Shown here: piece by piece, positions 34,017-34,800 of the stretch | How positions within the stretch are numbered: the stretch's first letter is position 1 | How the letters are laid out: every line of letters starts with the position of its first letter | Virus record (IMG/VR): IMGVR_UViG_3300023198_000987 | Direction: 5' to 3' (one strand) | DNA length: 34,800 nt | Source of the DNA: a virus | Translations under genes and position numbers: made by a program | Notes under the pieces: generated by a model | Database searches by the model: none | Told to the model about the DNA's origin: nothing | What the model saw: only the letters and a program-made list of their open reading frames with translations

Positions 34017-34588
34017 CCCCGTTTTTGTTCAAAAATGGAGAGCGTCAGTTCTACGAATTGGCGCAGGCGGAGTGGGATAGGGGCACGCCCGGTCCTGATG
34101 GCCGTGCGAACGTGCCTATCACAGGCGCTCTGCTGGGTTATCTTGCCGACGAGCTGAGTATCGCTGCAAGGGCATTTGAAAGTTCGCTCAATGAGGCTTA
34201 CGGCCCGGTTGACATCACGATTTGCCGGGCGATGTTTGCAACTCAGCCAGCAAGCCCTGAACTGACCCCGGTTCGCGGCAAGCACTTGGACACGGGCGAC
34301 AAGGCGATTGTGGGGCTGTGGTACTTCGCACACCCCGGCGATCTTGCGGGCGGGAACCTCAAGCTGGGGCTGGACACGATGATCCCGTACCAGCCAAACT
34401 CGATGGTCATATTTCCGAATTTGCCGTCCGCATGGCACGAGGTCACGCCTCGAGGGCCGTCTATCTACGACCGGCGTTTTATCAATTTTGTGGCAGAGAC
34501 AGATGTTCGGTTGCACGATTATTGTCGTGACCCTTTGGGGCGCGATAGGTTAATGGAAGTTAAGGCGCGGCCAGATCGCAGCAAATAA
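34013..34588 (+). CDS. 2OG-Fe(II) oxygenase, prolyl-4-hydroxylase-like (2OG-FeII_Oxy_3 type)
   Basis: RGKHLDTGDKAIVGLWYF (HxD), GGNLKL, PNSMVIFPNLPSAWHEVTP (distal His) and YDRRFINF (2OG-binding Arg) occur in canonical order and spacing. Confidence 0.7.
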   Translation: MTPFLFKNGERQFYELAQAEWDRGTPGPDGRANVPITGALLGYLADELSIAARAFESSLNEAYGPVDITICRAMFATQPASPELTPVRGKHLDTGDKAIVGLWYFAHPGDLAGGNLKLGLDTMIPYQPNSMVIFPNLPSAWHEVTPRGPSIYDRRFINFVAETDVRLHDYCRDPLGRDRLMEVKARPDRSK

Positions 34589-34605
34589 CACAGAAAGCGA
34601 TTTAG

Positions 34606-34782
34606 ATGACACAGAAGCCACTATCGGACGAGGAACTGGTCGCGCTGCGGGACATAATGACGGCTGACGCACGCCGACAGTGGTTAATCAGCGGGGCCAA
34701 GGCCGTCGCCATATGGATCGCTGCAATCGCCGGGGGCTGGCTCGCATTTCGGCAGGCATTTACAGAGTTTCTAGCACGATGA
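34606..34782 (+). CDS. Small single-pass membrane protein (58 aa) preceding the endolysin; possible holin or antiholin partner
   Basis: MTQKPLSDEELVALRDIMTADARRQWLISGAKAVAIWIAAIAGGWLAFRQAFTEFLAR, found by hand because it is below the ORF-track cutoff. It runs into the terminal repeat. In the circular genome it ends 74 nt upstream of the amidase ATG. Confidence 0.45.
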   Translation: MTQKPLSDEELVALRDIMTADARRQWLISGAKAVAIWIAAIAGGWLAFRQAFTEFLAR

Positions 34783-34800
34783 GCTGCAAGAACAGGTCGA
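34746..34800. repeat. Second copy of the 55-bp terminal repeat (same as 1..55)
   Basis: Exact identity read directly. Confidence 0.95.

Noticed and set aside
1-34800. tRNA genes, integrase/attP, lysogeny repressor
   Set aside because: No intergenic space is large enough for a tRNA apart from the regions examined, and those show no cloverleaf. No ORF has the tyrosine- or serine-recombinase motifs or a CI-like HTH-peptidase layout.

Overview
The window is one complete, visibly GC-rich podovirus-type phage genome. Bases 1-55 are repeated exactly at 34746-34800, so the unique length is 34745 bp and the contig closes on itself. An AT-rich 110-bp control region (6887..6996) separates two divergent transcription units. 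The leftward early operon (6886 down to 1296, about 5.6 kb) holds 13 tightly coupled small genes: an Erf annealase with a PD-(D/E)XK exonuclease, an HNH nuclease, a DUF3560 protein, a DnaA-domain-IV-only protein, zinc-ribbon proteins and a 27-aa hydrophobic peptide. The rightward unit (about 29 kb) runs 6997 through the junction to 1283. It encodes a replication-organizer-like protein, terS, a papain-like protein, terL, a T7-type portal, scaffold, major capsid protein, tubular proteins A and B, four internal virion proteins, a collagen-like T7-type fibre, a 4-gene accessory cassette and a lysis cassette. I found no RNA polymerase, DNA polymerase, primase/helicase, integrase, repressor, tRNA, CRISPR or reverse transcriptase. 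The best candidates for something new are these. (1) A 1223-aa ejection-operon protein carries a ParB/Srx-like nuclease module and a zeta-toxin-like P-loop kinase module, which makes it a likely injected polyvalent effector. (2) About 30 aa (GERQTDLExLIAE...DxFDTxP) is shared between that protein's C-terminus and a 67-aa early protein. (3) An uncharacterised cassette containing a prolyl-hydroxylase-type 2OG-Fe(II) oxygenase lies directly downstream of the collagen-like fibre. All functional calls come from motif recognition by eye and no searches were run.
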